Assembly (NCBI GenBank): GCA_028534125.1
Contig: CM052817.1
Coordinates: 8,372,001 to 8,436,000 of the forward strand
Reading direction: 5' to 3'
Length of the DNA: 64,000 bases
DNA from: Lama glama
Taxonomy: Eukaryota
Shown here: piece by piece, positions 48,881 to 62,130 of the stretch
How the letters are laid out: the number at the start of each line of letters is the position of its first letter
How positions within the stretch are numbered: the first letter of the stretch is position 1
The notes under the pieces: model-generated
Databases searched by the model: none
What the model was told of the DNA's origin: nothing
What the model saw: only the letters and a program-made list of their open reading frames with translations
Translations under genes and position numbers: made by a program

Positions 48881-51800
48881 CTTCAGCAAATTATTCACTT
48901 GCTCTGTTCCTTGTTTCCTCATTTCTAAAGTGGCAATGCTAATAGCCCCTACCCCGTAGGACTTTTGTGAGGATTAAATGAGGTACAGAATGATACAGAT
49001 TTTGTTTTCTTTTTATCTAATTTTTGTTACAGTGCATAGTAAGTTCATACATGTCAGTTACTGTTATTATTATTATTCTGTCTCAGCCCTAACACATAGT
49101 AAACATTCAATCAATACTTACTTTTGAATAAATGAGTGGACAAATGAAGGCCTTCTAAAGCAAGAGGGAACAAGGGAATGATAATAAAGGACAAAGCAAA
49201 TTGCTGTAGGAGATGGAGAGTCATTCTGGACCTTGGCTCCAAATCAAGACCTGGGGCCCACATATGGCCTGGGTTAGGTTGGCAAGGGCTCACATCCTGG
49301 AATTCTGGTGTTTTTATGCAGAGAGCTTTGACTTAAAGAATACCTGTAGGGGTTTGCAGATAAGCTGGGGTGCAGGAGCAGCAGGAGGCAGGGAAGCTCA
49401 GAGCCTGCCTCCGAAAGCCCCCGAGGTACAGCCTTACCTCGAGTGCACAAGGATTAAGGCTGAAGTTGGGAGCTTTGTTAGGTCTCAGAGTTAAGGGAGT
49501 TAATTTTGCCTGAGGGAGAATAACTGACTGTTTTTCCCAAAGACCTCATTTGAAATTAAGGTCTCGGAACACTGGATCCAATTAACTACCAGTTTAGGAA
49601 CCTTGGGGATTTCAACTTGCCATGTGCTTCCTTTTCTCTTACAAAGTGCCTCCTGTTTTCTCGCCTTCATATTTCTCCCACTTACAGAGAATTCTGTTCC
49701 TGGGACTGGGTCAAGACAGCTTCCTTTTCCTGGGTTAAAAGTGGGAAATATTGGGCAGGTTTTGCCATCAAAGTCAACTAGCTGTCAATTTGAGCTAGAA
49801 TCAGGATTAAGTGTGTGTGTGTATGCGTATACACATACATATGTATATATACATCTTTATATTTCTGCATGTAAGTAGGTATGCATCTATCTAAATAGCA
49901 GTTGGAAGGGAGCTAATTGTTCAATTTACCTTTTTTAAAATAGACTTTATTTTCATTTCTATTCTGGGACTATGCAGAATCAGAGATAAATCAGACAAAA
50001 ATCTTTGTTCTGGAGCTCACAGCCTACTGAGGCAGACAGACAAATCGATAAGTGCCTCAATATTGGTAGATACTGTAATTAATTGTGGTACTGAGGTCTA
50101 CATGAAATTTGGAGAACATTGAGAGGAGACTGGAGGGTGGTTAGGGTTGGGTAGAGTCAGGCCAGACCTCCCAGAGAGGCAATGCTTAATCCAGCTAAAT
50201 CTTGTAGTATGCAGGAATTTGCCAGGTACAAATCTGGATAAAGATACAAGGCAGCTAAGCAGGTCCTAGTCTATGACAGGCACAAAATATTTCTAGAATA
50301 AATTGAAATAAGGTCCCTGCTGACTTTCATTTCTATATGCAGTACCTGCTGTATTTGGAGGAATATAACTTGGTCTCCCTATTATTCAATGTATATAATA
50401 AAACCCTTATTTTGAATTTGACATATTATAAAACATTAGAATTCCTCTTTACTAGTCATAAACACAATTTTCATCATCAATGTAGCAGGAGTAAGTGCAT
50501 TTGGCGAGTAGAAGGTGAACAGAGTTCACTGCTCTGCATTGGAAAGAGAGGGGGCCAGGAGTGCCATTGTAGTGGGAATGGGGACAAGACCAAGAGCTGG
50601 GAAAGGACCCAGCCCTGCTATGACTAAGAAAAGATGACTGTACGTCCGGACTGTAGAATGGTGCTGGTCCTCCTGATGTGCTGCGTTCTATGTTCTGTGT
50701 GATATAAATGCCCTCCCCAACCTTCTCCATGAAACACTGAGTAGATTTTCCTTGGTCACTGCTATGCTTACAGGAACAGCATTTTCTTTTAAAGGAATTT
50801 AAAGAAGGTGAATTGGTAAGTGACACATTATTCACTGACCTAAAGAAGAAAGTTCTTAACATTTTCATTAATAGAAAAATATTTTCTCTTCACTGATGCC
50901 AAAACATATTGAAAATTATTTAAGAATATCAACCTGTAGGAAGGCCAATGGCCTAGTTTAACTCAAGTGGGAAGAGTGAGATGTCTGAAGCCTGAGCGGT
51001 GCAGTATTGCATTTAGAGACTAGCGAGGGGTTTGGTAGAGCTGGAAGAGAAGACGTGTGTTTAGAATGGGTGGAAGGTGAGGGAGGACCTGGATCATGAA
51101 GGCACTTGAATGCCTTGTAGAGAGGATTCTGTTTATGCCAGTAGAGTCTTACAGATATGGAGAACTACTCAAGAGGTCTCTGTTTATCCAGCAGGGTATG
51201 TATTATAGATCATGGAAAGCTACTAGGAAGGTAGGTCTCTGTTCAATGGCATTTTATGGATTATGAAGAGCTACTGCAATCAACAGTGTAATGCACTCAT
51301 GTGTACTGTGTGTCAGACCCTATAGGCAAATTTTTCAGTGAAAGGGGAACCTTTCTTCAAATCTCTTGTCTAGACTTACAGGGCTGTAATCATAGCAACA
51401 GTTTCCCAAGATGGACAGAAGAACTTAGAAACTCCAAAATAACTGCCTTGCTTGAGTCTGTTAGCTAGTCCTTAAAATGCAATCCTTTCTCATGGATCTT
51501 TTGGAGTAATACCTTATCTATGTTAACATCTGGGTATCTCACATCTTGGGGAGGCAATATAGCATATGGTCAGGGGCATGGGTTGTAGGTCAGGATCCTG
51601 GATACAAACTGGGGCTATGTACTAACCAGCTATGTTATCTAAGGCAATTCATGGTGTATTGCAGTCACTCAACAAGTGTCCACATGTACTATTCATATTC
51701 TTCATAACACACAGGGAAATACGTGTTATCTGTTCTGAGCTCAGTGAATGTTTATTAAATGAATAAATTAAAAAGCAAATGAAAAGTAGTTCATTGTTGA

Positions 51801-54800
51801 GTGTTTGTTAAATAAATGAATAATTTACTAGATTTGGAAGAAAATTTGTCAAGCATGCTGCTTCTCACTGAACCAAAAGATATTCTACAAATGTTATGCT
51901 CAGCCTTCGCCTGGGTTTCTCCTCCACTCATTATTCCCTTAAGCTCCTTTCCCTTAGAACATCTACCTGTAAGATGATAGGGCTTATACAATATTTTATT
52001 TTTATTTGTTTTAAGAGTGGCTGCTTTTGCAGTTTGAAGGAAGAGGATTTCTTTGCTTGTCTATGGAGCAGGCTGGTTTCTCTGTAAGAACTGAGCCCAA
52101 GGATCTTCAGTACCATTATAACCATGGATTTTTTAAATAGGCAAGTTTCAAAAGAAATTCAGGAAGGTTTCATAGGCTTTGTGGCTCTCCTTTCAAAATG
52201 AACTTTGAGGCTGCTAACCCTGCACGACGTAGGATACAGGACAATCCATTCCCTCCCCTGTTCTCACCAAACAAGAGAAGTTACACAAGCTTGAGGGGCA
52301 GCTGGATTGCAGTTTATGCTGCCCCCAGGATATATCTTTCATCTTAATTGTGCTTATTCAGCTGTGAGGATGGACTGGTATCTAGCTGACTTTTGAAAAA
52401 GTGCAAAAGCCTATTTAAAAACACAACCAATTTCTCTTTTTGAGGTAGGGAAGGGAGAGGACGAGGAAAATTTCCATCTTATTTTCTGATGTTCTTTGCT
52501 TTGCATGTGAAGCCTTCCAGTGATGCTGTAGGTAGTTTTCCAAAGCCTTTCTGATCAAAATTGATAAAGCTCTACTCCTATGTAGGAAGAATGCTCTCTT
52601 TTTGACTAGCTTCTTAATTTGTGCTTTTTTACAGAGACAAGTTACCTAAAATCATACAACTATACATCCTTATCTGTGAGAGTCTGACATCATTACAGTA
52701 GTACCTGTTAATTCAATTACCATTAATTAAGTGATTTCTATGTGCCAGACACTTGACATAGATACTTTTGTGTAATATTAATGAGAAAAATACAAGATAG
52801 AAATGGTTATTTCCATTTTAGAGAAATGTGGAAACTGAAACACTGAGAAGTGAAATTTCTTGCTTTAGATCACTCAGGAAGCTGTAAGGTTGGGCTGAGC
52901 TTTTGGATACTAACGGCCAGAGAGAGCTGGTGTAAAGGAAGAGAGGCACACTGGGAAGAGAAATCGGTACCGCAAAAGCAGGGAGGCAGAAAGGCTAGGT
53001 CAGGCTCTTTGAAGTGTCATTGTGTGTGCGAAGTGTCAAGAGTTCTTTGTGTGTCATTGTCTTATGGACGAGAGGGAAGTTCGGATTGGGAAGTAGGCTT
53101 GATAAGATGAAGGGAGGCTTGGAATATCAAGCTGTGCCAATGCGGTTCATTCTCAAACATTTGTATTATTGCTGCCACCAGCTGTAATACGGATTAATTA
53201 TAGGTAGAACTGAATTAATAAGAATAATCAGTCACATAATACATCAGCGATTTTTTTTATTGTTTTTCTCCATTCTAAGAGAAATATGTGCTCATTATAA
53301 ACATTTTGGAAAATGCCAAAAACATAGAAAGAAAAAGAATTGACCTTTGCGTCACTTCTCAAAGCAACTACTATGCATAGTTGGGTCTATTGCTTTTCAG
53401 TCTTTTTTTCTTCCCTTCAAACATAACAGATTGAAATTCCTGTGCCACAAGGAAGACTTAAAAATGGCTTGGATTAACTTGTCCTGATGGAAAGGAACTT
53501 GTGGAAAGCAGGGGAGGAAATCCTGTGCATTCTGCTGAGTGACTTCTCACAATGCGATTGACCAAAAGCTTTCCAGCTCTTAATAAGAAGAACGCACGGT
53601 TTCTGCAGAGTATGTCTGCAACCACCCCCTGCCTGGGGAAATCTGAGAAGCTGGTGCTTGTTTAAGGATTCTGTAGGTGGCTTGAGGCTCTCCCTAGAAG
53701 CTTAGGAATGCATGGTTTATAATACTTATTGAATGACTAAGCCACCAGCATCACAAGGCTCACAGATGACTAATAATTATTCTCATTCTGCAAAGTGTGG
53801 TTTGTGGAACAAAGCAAGCAAGGTTTCTGCCCTTTTGTTCTGTGATTCACTCCTGTGAGATGCTCTTGTGAGTGGTAAGGTCGAGAGAGCCTCAGGATAC
53901 CAGCTCTTTCTCCTTGCTTACTTTATTCACGCACCTCTCCCTCAGTGTTCCAGCCCCGCTGGAGCTGCACCTCCATGTTGAAGTCCTGAGGAGAGCTGTG
54001 ATGGGTGCTGGTTAAGAATCAGAATTCGGTTTCACATCCAGGGTCCATCATCCCCTAGATGTGTGACAACCTTGGGCAAATGACGTGGCTTCTCTAAGCT
54101 CCAGTGATTCTCACACCTTAGATTGAGAAAAAGAAATAAGTTACAGAGTTGTTATGGGAACGAGTGGATATGAAGTGCTTAGTGCAATGCCTTGGTGCAG
54201 AGTGACAGCTCAAGAAATGGTGATGGTTATTAAGTTGAGCTGCAGGTTTTCACCAGGTCATCCCCCAAGAATAAAATAGAATAATATGATTTGGAGACTT
54301 TGACCTTTTATTTATTCATCATAAAAACTAATTATAGTAATTTCTACCTGGCAGTTTTGTAGGGGAAACAGAACATGATGTTGCACAGTGTCTGACTCTG
54401 TAGCTGCTCAGCATATAATTTTTTCCTTTCTCTATCCATGGTTGACTGAAGAGCCCCTTGGTGTGTCAACCTCCTGAAACAGCTCTTAAAGGACATCCTC
54501 ACAGTGGAAAGCTTAAACACTGGCTTATATGCTGGTACTGGGTATTTATTTGCGTTGGAGAAGAAAAGGGGTCTGGGGGCTTCTGAAAGGGCAGAAGCGT
54601 GGGCACTGCTTGATGTACTGTCCTGGCTTGGGCGTGGCCAAGTCTAAGGAGGCTTGACTCTGGGCAGCAGAGTTCAGGGATGACATGGACAGAATGTAGA
54701 CTAGAGGAGCCTGTCCCCAAATGTTCTAGACCAAGGTGGATGAGGGGCACGTGTACAGTGCTAGAGAAGGGGAGGGGTCCCCCACAATAACTGCTGTTGA

Positions 54801-55439
54801 GCTTCCTGCCACTCTGTCCACTGGGGGCTCTGACTGAGACTTGATGTAGACGAGTGAAACGATGTGGAATTTCTCGTGTACTAGTGTAGAGTAAAGCCAC
54901 GTTTTATACATCTATAAGCACCAAGGAAGGTAGGATGTAATCAACAGGGCTTAATGACTGAGAGCCAATATCACTTTTGCTTCGACAGTGAGATGGGATT
55001 TGAGGCATAAAACACAGCCAAGAGTGTGGGTCCTGGAGTCAGCTCAAGAGCAGGCTCCTTCACTTACCATTTGAGGACTGCTGGGCAAGTCATTCAACTC
55101 CCCTAATCTTGTTTCTTCATCTGTGAAGTGCAGATATTAAAAGTATCTCTCCTAGAGTGCTTTGGTCGTAAGAGTCCAATAATAGAACCACGGCTAGCTT
55201 GAACAATTGCTCGGTCGTGGGTACCTTGATTAACATTGTTAACATTGATCTTGATTGTGCAATAGCTGTTGAAGGACACTCTGTGCCTCCCCACCATCAT
55301 TCTTAAAGATCAGTGTAGAAAGGTAAACATTGGAGGCCATCAATTCTGCTTACATTATGCTTATTAACATTTATTCCAGAGGGTTCTGGGATGGTCTATG
55401 GACAACTATATATATCCTTTGAGAATAGTCATGCATCTT

Positions 55440-57050
55440 CATGTAGCTCTATTTCTAATTTTTTTAGGAAGTTCGATACTGTTTTCCATAGTGGCTGCAT
55501 CAACTGACAATCCCAGTAACAGTGCACGAGGGTTCCCTTTTCTCCACATCCTCATCAACACGTGTCATTTCTTGTCTTTTTGATCACAGCCATTCTGACA
55601 GGTGTGAGGTGATATTTGTAGTTTTGATATTTCCCTGATGGTAAGTGATATTGAGCATCTTTTTGTGTCTGTTGTCCATCTATATGTCATCTTTGGAAAA
55701 ATGCCTATTCAGATCCTCTGCCTATTTTATTTTATTTTATTTTTCACTATTCATTTATTTTTTATTTATTTTTTTAAACTTTTTTAATTGAGTTATAGTC
55801 ATTTTACAATGTTGTGTCAAATTCCAGTGTAGAGCACAATTTTTCAGTTATACCTGAACATACATACATTCATTGTCTGCCCATTTTAAAATCAGATTAT
55901 TTGTCTCTTTGTTTTTTGCTATTGAGTTTATGAGTTCTTTATGTAACTTTGGATATTAACACCTTATTGGATATGCCATTTGCAAATATCTTCTCCCATT
56001 CAGTGGACTTTCTTTTCATTTTGCTGATGGTTTCCTTCACTGTGCAAAAGCCTTTTAGTCTGATGTAGTCCCATTTGTTTATTTTTGCATTTGCTGCCCT
56101 TGTCTGAGGAGACATCCAAAAAATATTGCTAAGACCAATATCAAAATGCATATTGCCTATATTTTTTTCTAGAAGCTTTATGGTTTCAGATCTCACATTT
56201 AAGTCCTTAATCCACTTTGAGTTTATTTTTGATATGGTGTGAGAAAGTAGTCCAGTTTCATTCTTTTGTATGTAGCTGTCTAGTTTTCCCAGCACCATTT
56301 GCTGAAGAGACTATTTTTACTCCATTGTATGTTCTTGCCAATATTATTGACCCAAAGTCTGTGAGTTTATGTCTGGGCTCTCTATTCTGTTCCATCGATC
56401 CATATATCTATTTTTGTAACAATACCATCCTGTTTTGATTACTGCAGCTTTGTAGTAATGTTTGAAATCAGGAATTGTGTTACCTCCAGCTTTGTTCTTT
56501 TTTTTTTTTTTCAACATTGCTTCAGCTATTTGGGCTCTTTTGTGGCTCCATACAAATTCTAGGATTACTTTCTTTAGTTTGTGAAAAGTGCCATTGGAAT
56601 TTTGATAGAAATTGTGTTGAATCTGTAGATTGCCTTGGGTAGTATGGACATTTCAACTATTAATTCTTTCAATCCACGAGGACAGTATCTTTCCATCTGT
56701 GTCATCTTCAATTTGTTTTATCAGTGTCTTATAGTTTTCAGAGTTCAAGTCTTTCATCTTCTTGGTTAGCTTTATTCCTGGGTATTCTATTCTTTTTGAA
56801 GCAATTATAAAGGATACTGTTTTTTCAGTTAGTCTTTCTGATGGTTATTAGTGTGTAGAAATGCAAAAGATTAATTTTGTATCCTGCAACTTTACTGAAT
56901 TCATTTATTCTAATGTTTTTGTTTTCGTTTTTGGTGGGGTCTGCAGGCTTTCTATATAGAGTATCATGTTATCTGCAATCACTGACAGTTTTACTTTTTC
57001 CTGTTCAATTTGGATTTCTTTTATTTCTTTTTCTTGTCTGATTGCTGTTA
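55440..57050 (-). mobile_element. L1 ORF2 fragment (L1MA-like), degraded
   Basis: ORF 55939-56298(-) contains [20 protein letters not shown]...[17 protein letters not shown], typical of L1 ORF2. Confidence 0.9.
55730..55875 (-). mobile_element. Very short younger L1 3' end nested in an older L1
   Basis: 13-bp TSD tctgcc(t/c)atttta at 55717-55729 and 55876-55888; body resembles 28932-29025. Confidence 0.85.
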
Positions 57051-59424
57051 GCCTGCTCTTTACTTTCTCCTCCTTTCTTTCTCTGGGAATAGTCCTCTTT
57101 GCTCCTTCATGTAGGCAATGGGCGGCTGGTGTGTGGGGGAGCGGAGGAGAAAGAGGGCAAGCATCGCTTACTGAGCTGGCTGCTGTTGCAGTTCACTCTT
57201 AGTTATCCGCGTTTCTTTGGTTCACACGCCATGGTGGATTTCCCCTTTCATGGCTCTCTCCTGGTCGGTACATTGTCAATTTTCTCAGGTTCCTCTTCAG
57301 GGGCCTCCCAATTGCTAACTCCAGTTGACAACTTCCATTTTCCCTTAGCTATCCCCTTGGAATTTCACCCTCATCCTGCTGCTTCTCGGGTCCTCTTCCT
57401 TGGCAACCCACTCTTGCATGTGGAGAGCTAGAAAGATGGGTCAAGGCTATCTCTCGCAGTATCCACTTGACCTTCAGCAAGTTGATGCGTCTTTGCTGTG
57501 ACAATTCCATGGCTACTCCATGGATGTCCTCTCTCTGCCCTGCTCTCTTACTAATGTTATATTTTCCTGGTTTGGCAGGAACAGAGCAAAGCTGCTGTTT
57601 CATGAGGTGACCAACCAAGGAATGTGGTGTTAGGATTCCTTTCATGGAAGTGTTCTCAACATTTATGAGTTATTTCCCTGGAAAGCCCCTTCTATGTCTC
57701 ATCAACACCCTGTTTAGCTCTTGCATATGCTACAGCCCAGCATTTCCACTCAACAGACATACTGCCCCTTTCTCCTCTCCTCAGTCTTTGGTAGATGGGA
57801 AGGGAGGTGCAAATGTGCTGGGTAATGGCTGATGGCAGCAGAGCCAGTTTAGCCACTTCTTGGTAAAGCTTGAGAGAAGTGCTTGGCTCTATTTAGACTG
57901 TGTAGCACTTAAGGTCTCTTTTTCACAATCTTTTGTGCTAATTCTGAAGTAATAGGAAAAGTCCCACCTACATGTTGTATATTTACAACACACATACAGA
58001 CTCACACAGACACCTGTACCCAACAGGTGAGAGTTGAAGAGAAAGCAAGTAAGAGAGCAGTAGGTTCTCTGCTGAAATGTTGGCAGCAGCTCCCACGGGG
58101 TGGAGGTGAGATTAGAGATTATTGTTTTGTCTGTTTGTTTTTTCTTCTTTCCTGTATGCTTTACTGCCATGCTTCCCATTTTCTCCAATGAAATTATACC
58201 ACCCTTGAAATCATAAACACGATTTCTAAAGTATTTCTGATCTGGAGCACTGTTCAACTGATGAACCAGATGTGAGGGGCACCGACCTGGGCTTTCTGAC
58301 CTCCCAGGGCTCCCTGCAGGCTCATGATGTGATAAAACATCAGCTGCTCTGAATTCCTGCAGCGCCTGCCACAACAAAAGGAGACCCTTTCCTGAGCATA
58401 CTAATGCAGCTGTACATGCCTTTCTAGAACAAAGAAGCCAAAGTGAGGAGGTCATTAAGCCTCATTTGGACACCATCCATCCCACCCTAGTTTGAGCCCT
58501 CCGAGGGAGGTGTCAGTCCACCTGCATGGGAAGGCGGCTGCATCCAGAGTGAGGTCCCACCGCCTCCCTTTTGTCCTCTCTGGTGGTCTGCCTCCTTTTT
58601 CTGGTTCCCCGCCTCCCACTTGGCTCACATCGCAGCTCCTGCCTCGTTCTAGGAACCATTTAACATCTGCTCCTCTGATGATGCCTTTGTATTCTCTTGT
58701 GGACCCAACTCTGCCTCACCCACCACAGCTGCGCTGAGAGACAGGCCAGCTTCCCAAGAGGCAAAGGCGGCAGTGAACGAGCTGTCCCTCAGTCTCTCTT
58801 GCTCCTCTCTGCCTGTGGTCTCACACTCCCTGCTGTTTTGTTTGTTTGTTTGTGTTTTTTGACTAGTCCTCAGAGTTCGCCTCCCTCTTCTCGGCTTTGC
58901 GGAGGGAAGGGATGCTGATGTCCATTCTTTATAATGCAGTATCTTTTGAAAGATTAGGAGACTTCGGTCTGTTTTCCTTCTTGAGGAGCACTAAGGAGGC
59001 CCCCTGCCTAATCTCTCAATCGCTGTGCCCCAGGGGAGAGGAATGGCCAGTGTGACTGGTACAAGCTTACCACTCGCTGGGACATGCTTGCTAGTGGATG
59101 AGGTCACCGTGCGTTAAAGGCAGGGTTTCAGTCTCTTGCACCTTTTTCTCTAAGGTGGTAAGCACTCCTATTGAGGATTCTCTTTCCTCCCAATGCAAAT
59201 CGCGCCCACTGAATTCTCAGGTAAAGAGATCAGTGACAAAGGTGGGAGGGCACTCAGGACACACTGGACGGTTTCAGGCACACGCATACTTTCTTCCTAA
59301 ACTTACCAGGGAGCCTCGTTCAGGGCCTAGGCTGGAATTTACCTGGGCAATGCCAGAAAGGACAGTCGACTTTTCTTGGGAGGCTGGTTCCAGACGTAGC
59401 TTTTTGCTAATTTGCGGAGTGCCC

Positions 59425-60410
59425 GTGGCAATTCTTCACTCCTTTAGCTTTGTCCTTTACTATGTGATTTTGCAGATCCTCTCACTAAAGATGGAATCTT
59501 TTACACCTTGAATTTGTGCTGGCCTTGTGACTTGTTTTTGCCAACAGAAATTGTTGGAAGTCATGGTTCTCCAGTTGTAAGCTTAGACCTCAAGAGGCCT
59601 GTGAGTTTCTATTTACCCTCTGTTCTTCCCGCCATGGTCGAGCACATGCTGTAGGTTACTGGACAAAGAGATACACGTAGAGCAGAGCCGAATCACCTCT
59701 TTTGTCTTAGAAGAGGCTGACCTGGTTAGAGGACAGCCAGCCAGCCGTCTCCAAACTGTTTGAATGAGCCAAGCAAAGATGAACAGAGCCATCCAGCCTC
59801 ACATCCTATGCTGTGGTCACACACAGGGTGACAGTGACATGAGGGTTGGTAAACAATTACCAGAGATGGAGAAGAGTTTAGGAAAGTTAATAGGGACACT
59901 GCTATAGACAACAGCGAGCCACACAGGTGAGAGGTGCCTGCGTGGGCACCGGGGATGGGCGTGCAGGGTCTTTTATTGGGCAGAGGGGGCTGTGCACACA
60001 AGGAGCAGGGGCTGCATGATCAGTTCGTGCACATGCACCTGATTGGTTGCAAGATCTGTCAGGCACTACTCTGAATTATAGAATTTACAATTCTGATAAG
60101 GGCAGGACATGACACCTGTCCTCCCCCTAGGTTACTGTGAGATGGGCTATCCCTTGGGGCGATGAGTTTTGTTAGGGTAAACACACATCCAGAGGAGATG
60201 TTTTTTTATCCTGCAGAAATGCAGGTATGCAGAGAGCCCTGCAGTGGGAAGTGGGGGTTAATGTGTCAGTGGCTCCAGGCACACACAGAGCCCAGGAGTG
60301 GGGGTTTGATGACTCCAGAGAGTGCCAGCCAGCTCCACATTCTGGAGACATGAGCAATAAATGCTTATGATTGTATGAAGTTTTGTGTAGTTTTTCCTGT
60401 GCAGCATGAG
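59425..60410 (+). mobile_element. MLT1 (G/H-like) LTR interrupted by another LTR-like insert
   Basis: 'gctggccttgtgacttg...ccaacagaa', 'ttagacctcaagaggcct'; resumes 'gacatgagcaataaatgcttat' after 60340. Confidence 0.6.
59809..60339 (-). mobile_element. Unassigned LTR-like element (ERVL-type?)
   Basis: tgtgg...ccaca inverted termini; on the minus strand CCAAT precedes an AATAAAA box; splits the MLT1. Confidence 0.45.
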
Positions 60411-60859
60411 GATGAAGAGAGGTAACTGAGAAGTGACCTTGCAAGATACACGCATTTCATTCCTCTCCTTGGATTCACTCATCATTCAGCAGATACGGAG
60501 CATCTGCTTTGTGTCAGCCCCGTGCTAAGTGCTGCCGGGGAGAATCACACTGGTGGGAGGGTAGAATCATTTCACCAGGAGCACGCTGGCAGAAATAAGA
60601 ATATGTGCCATGACAGCAGGGGTCCTGTTTAGTTAATTCACCTCTGCATTCCCGTCACCTGGAAGAGTAAACTGGCACTTAGTGGATGTGCGATAAACAC
60701 TGTCTCTTGCAGGCCTGTGAGTGGAGTGTGTGTATGCATGTGTCTGTATGTTTACCAGAGAAGTAATTGAATATTTCATGAAAGTACAGAGGTTCATGTC
60801 TCTTGCTCTCCTTAGCCCGGCAGACTGACTGTTCCCAATTCTTTCCTCCACTGTCTTTT

Positions 60860-61250
60860 ATCCCCTCCTCTTCCTACGATGACAGCAGCAGAAACTGCAG
60901 TGTGCTATAAGCTTACCTCCATAATAGAATGTAGATGCATAAATCAAAACAGCTCCTAACGGGTTGTCTGCAGTAATAAATGCTACGGAGGCAGCCCGAC
61001 TGGCAGTGTAAGAGAGAGTATACAAACCACCGCCTGGAGAAAGCACAGCAGCATGAATAAACTCAGCCTGGAATTATTTATACATTTCAGGCGGTACGTT
61101 ATTTCTCTCTCCTGTGCTGCAAGGCCTGCAAGTGATTTCACGGAGGGCTGAGAGTGCTTGAATTTGGCTGTAAGAGGAAAACAATTGTGGTTTGTCTTGG
61201 GCCAAGCTTCAGGGTGACAATTGCGTTATGTTCCACGCGCAGCAGCCCTG
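60860..61250. promoter_or_regulatory. Putative conserved non-coding element
   Basis: No recognisable repeat; CATAAATCA, GTAATAAA and ACAATTG motifs; retained CpGs. Confidence 0.35.
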
Positions 61251-61544
61251 CCAGCAGGGCAGAGCTGGGTGGTAGAAGGCATTGCTTAGCATTCAGGGCA
61301 GGACGCTCCTAATCTCAGCAAGCTGTGTCCCTAGGGGCCTGCTGGCTTTGTGAACCACCTTGGAGCCACGTGACTGGAGGGTGAGCCTCAGGACCCGCCT
61401 ACCCCAACTCCACCAGCGACACGGCTGCATTCTCTTAGATGCAGTAGTTTTCAACCTAAGATTTTGTTGTGGGGGAAAAATTACTGTAAAATTAAATAAA
61501 AAGTTTGGAAATCATTGATCTGGCTGATCTTTGAGACTCTGAAG

Positions 61545-61706
61545 TGATCTCAACTCAGCTGCTTGAGAGAGTTGCTGGGAGCTTTTAGAAGCTATTCATG
61601 CAGGACTTCCAATCTGATCAGTTAAATCAGAATTTCTGGAGATGCGTCAAGATTTTTAAAGCTATCTAGGTGACTCTGATGGGCAGTCAGGGTTGAGAGC
61701 CACTGC
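61545..61706. mobile_element. MER5-like hAT MITE
   Basis: 'taaatcagaatttctgg...aggtgactctgatgggcagtcagggttgagagccactg'. Confidence 0.65.
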
Positions 61707-61999
61707 TTCAAACCCTTCTTTCACACACCAGGATGGGTACCAAGCACCAGCTGTAAGCCAGGCACTCAGCAAAGAACTGGGAGTGGAGTGATGAATGAGA
61801 CAGGCCCAGTCCTTGCCTTCATGCAGCTCTCCATTTACTGGGGGATTCTGACACATAAATACTCAAGAAATTAGTTTGGTGGGCTATGTATTGATGGGGG
61901 AAGAGTAAAACACTGTAAGAGTTTTAATAGCAATGATAATAAATAATTGTGATACTATTTCTTTCCAAGATAACCCTTTAAAAAATTCAGACACTTTAC

Positions 62000-62130
62000 T
62001 AAATGATTTACATGAAATATCTTATTGAATTCTTATCCCATCATGTAGGTAGGTGCAGTCACCAACTTTCTTTTACAAATAAAGAAACTGAGGCCCAGAG
62101 AGGGTAAGTGACTTAGCCAAGGTTGTACAG
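62000..62130 (-). mobile_element. MIR SINE
   Basis: 'ttttacaaataaagaaactgaggcccagagagggtaagtgacttagccaaggttg'. Confidence 0.75.

Noticed and set aside
55939..56298. 119-aa minus-strand ORF
   Set aside because: Frameshifted L1 ORF2 fragment.
57889..58455. Longest ORF (188 aa)
   Set aside because: No recognisable domain, crosses simple-sequence tracts and has no supporting exon structure; consistent with chance.
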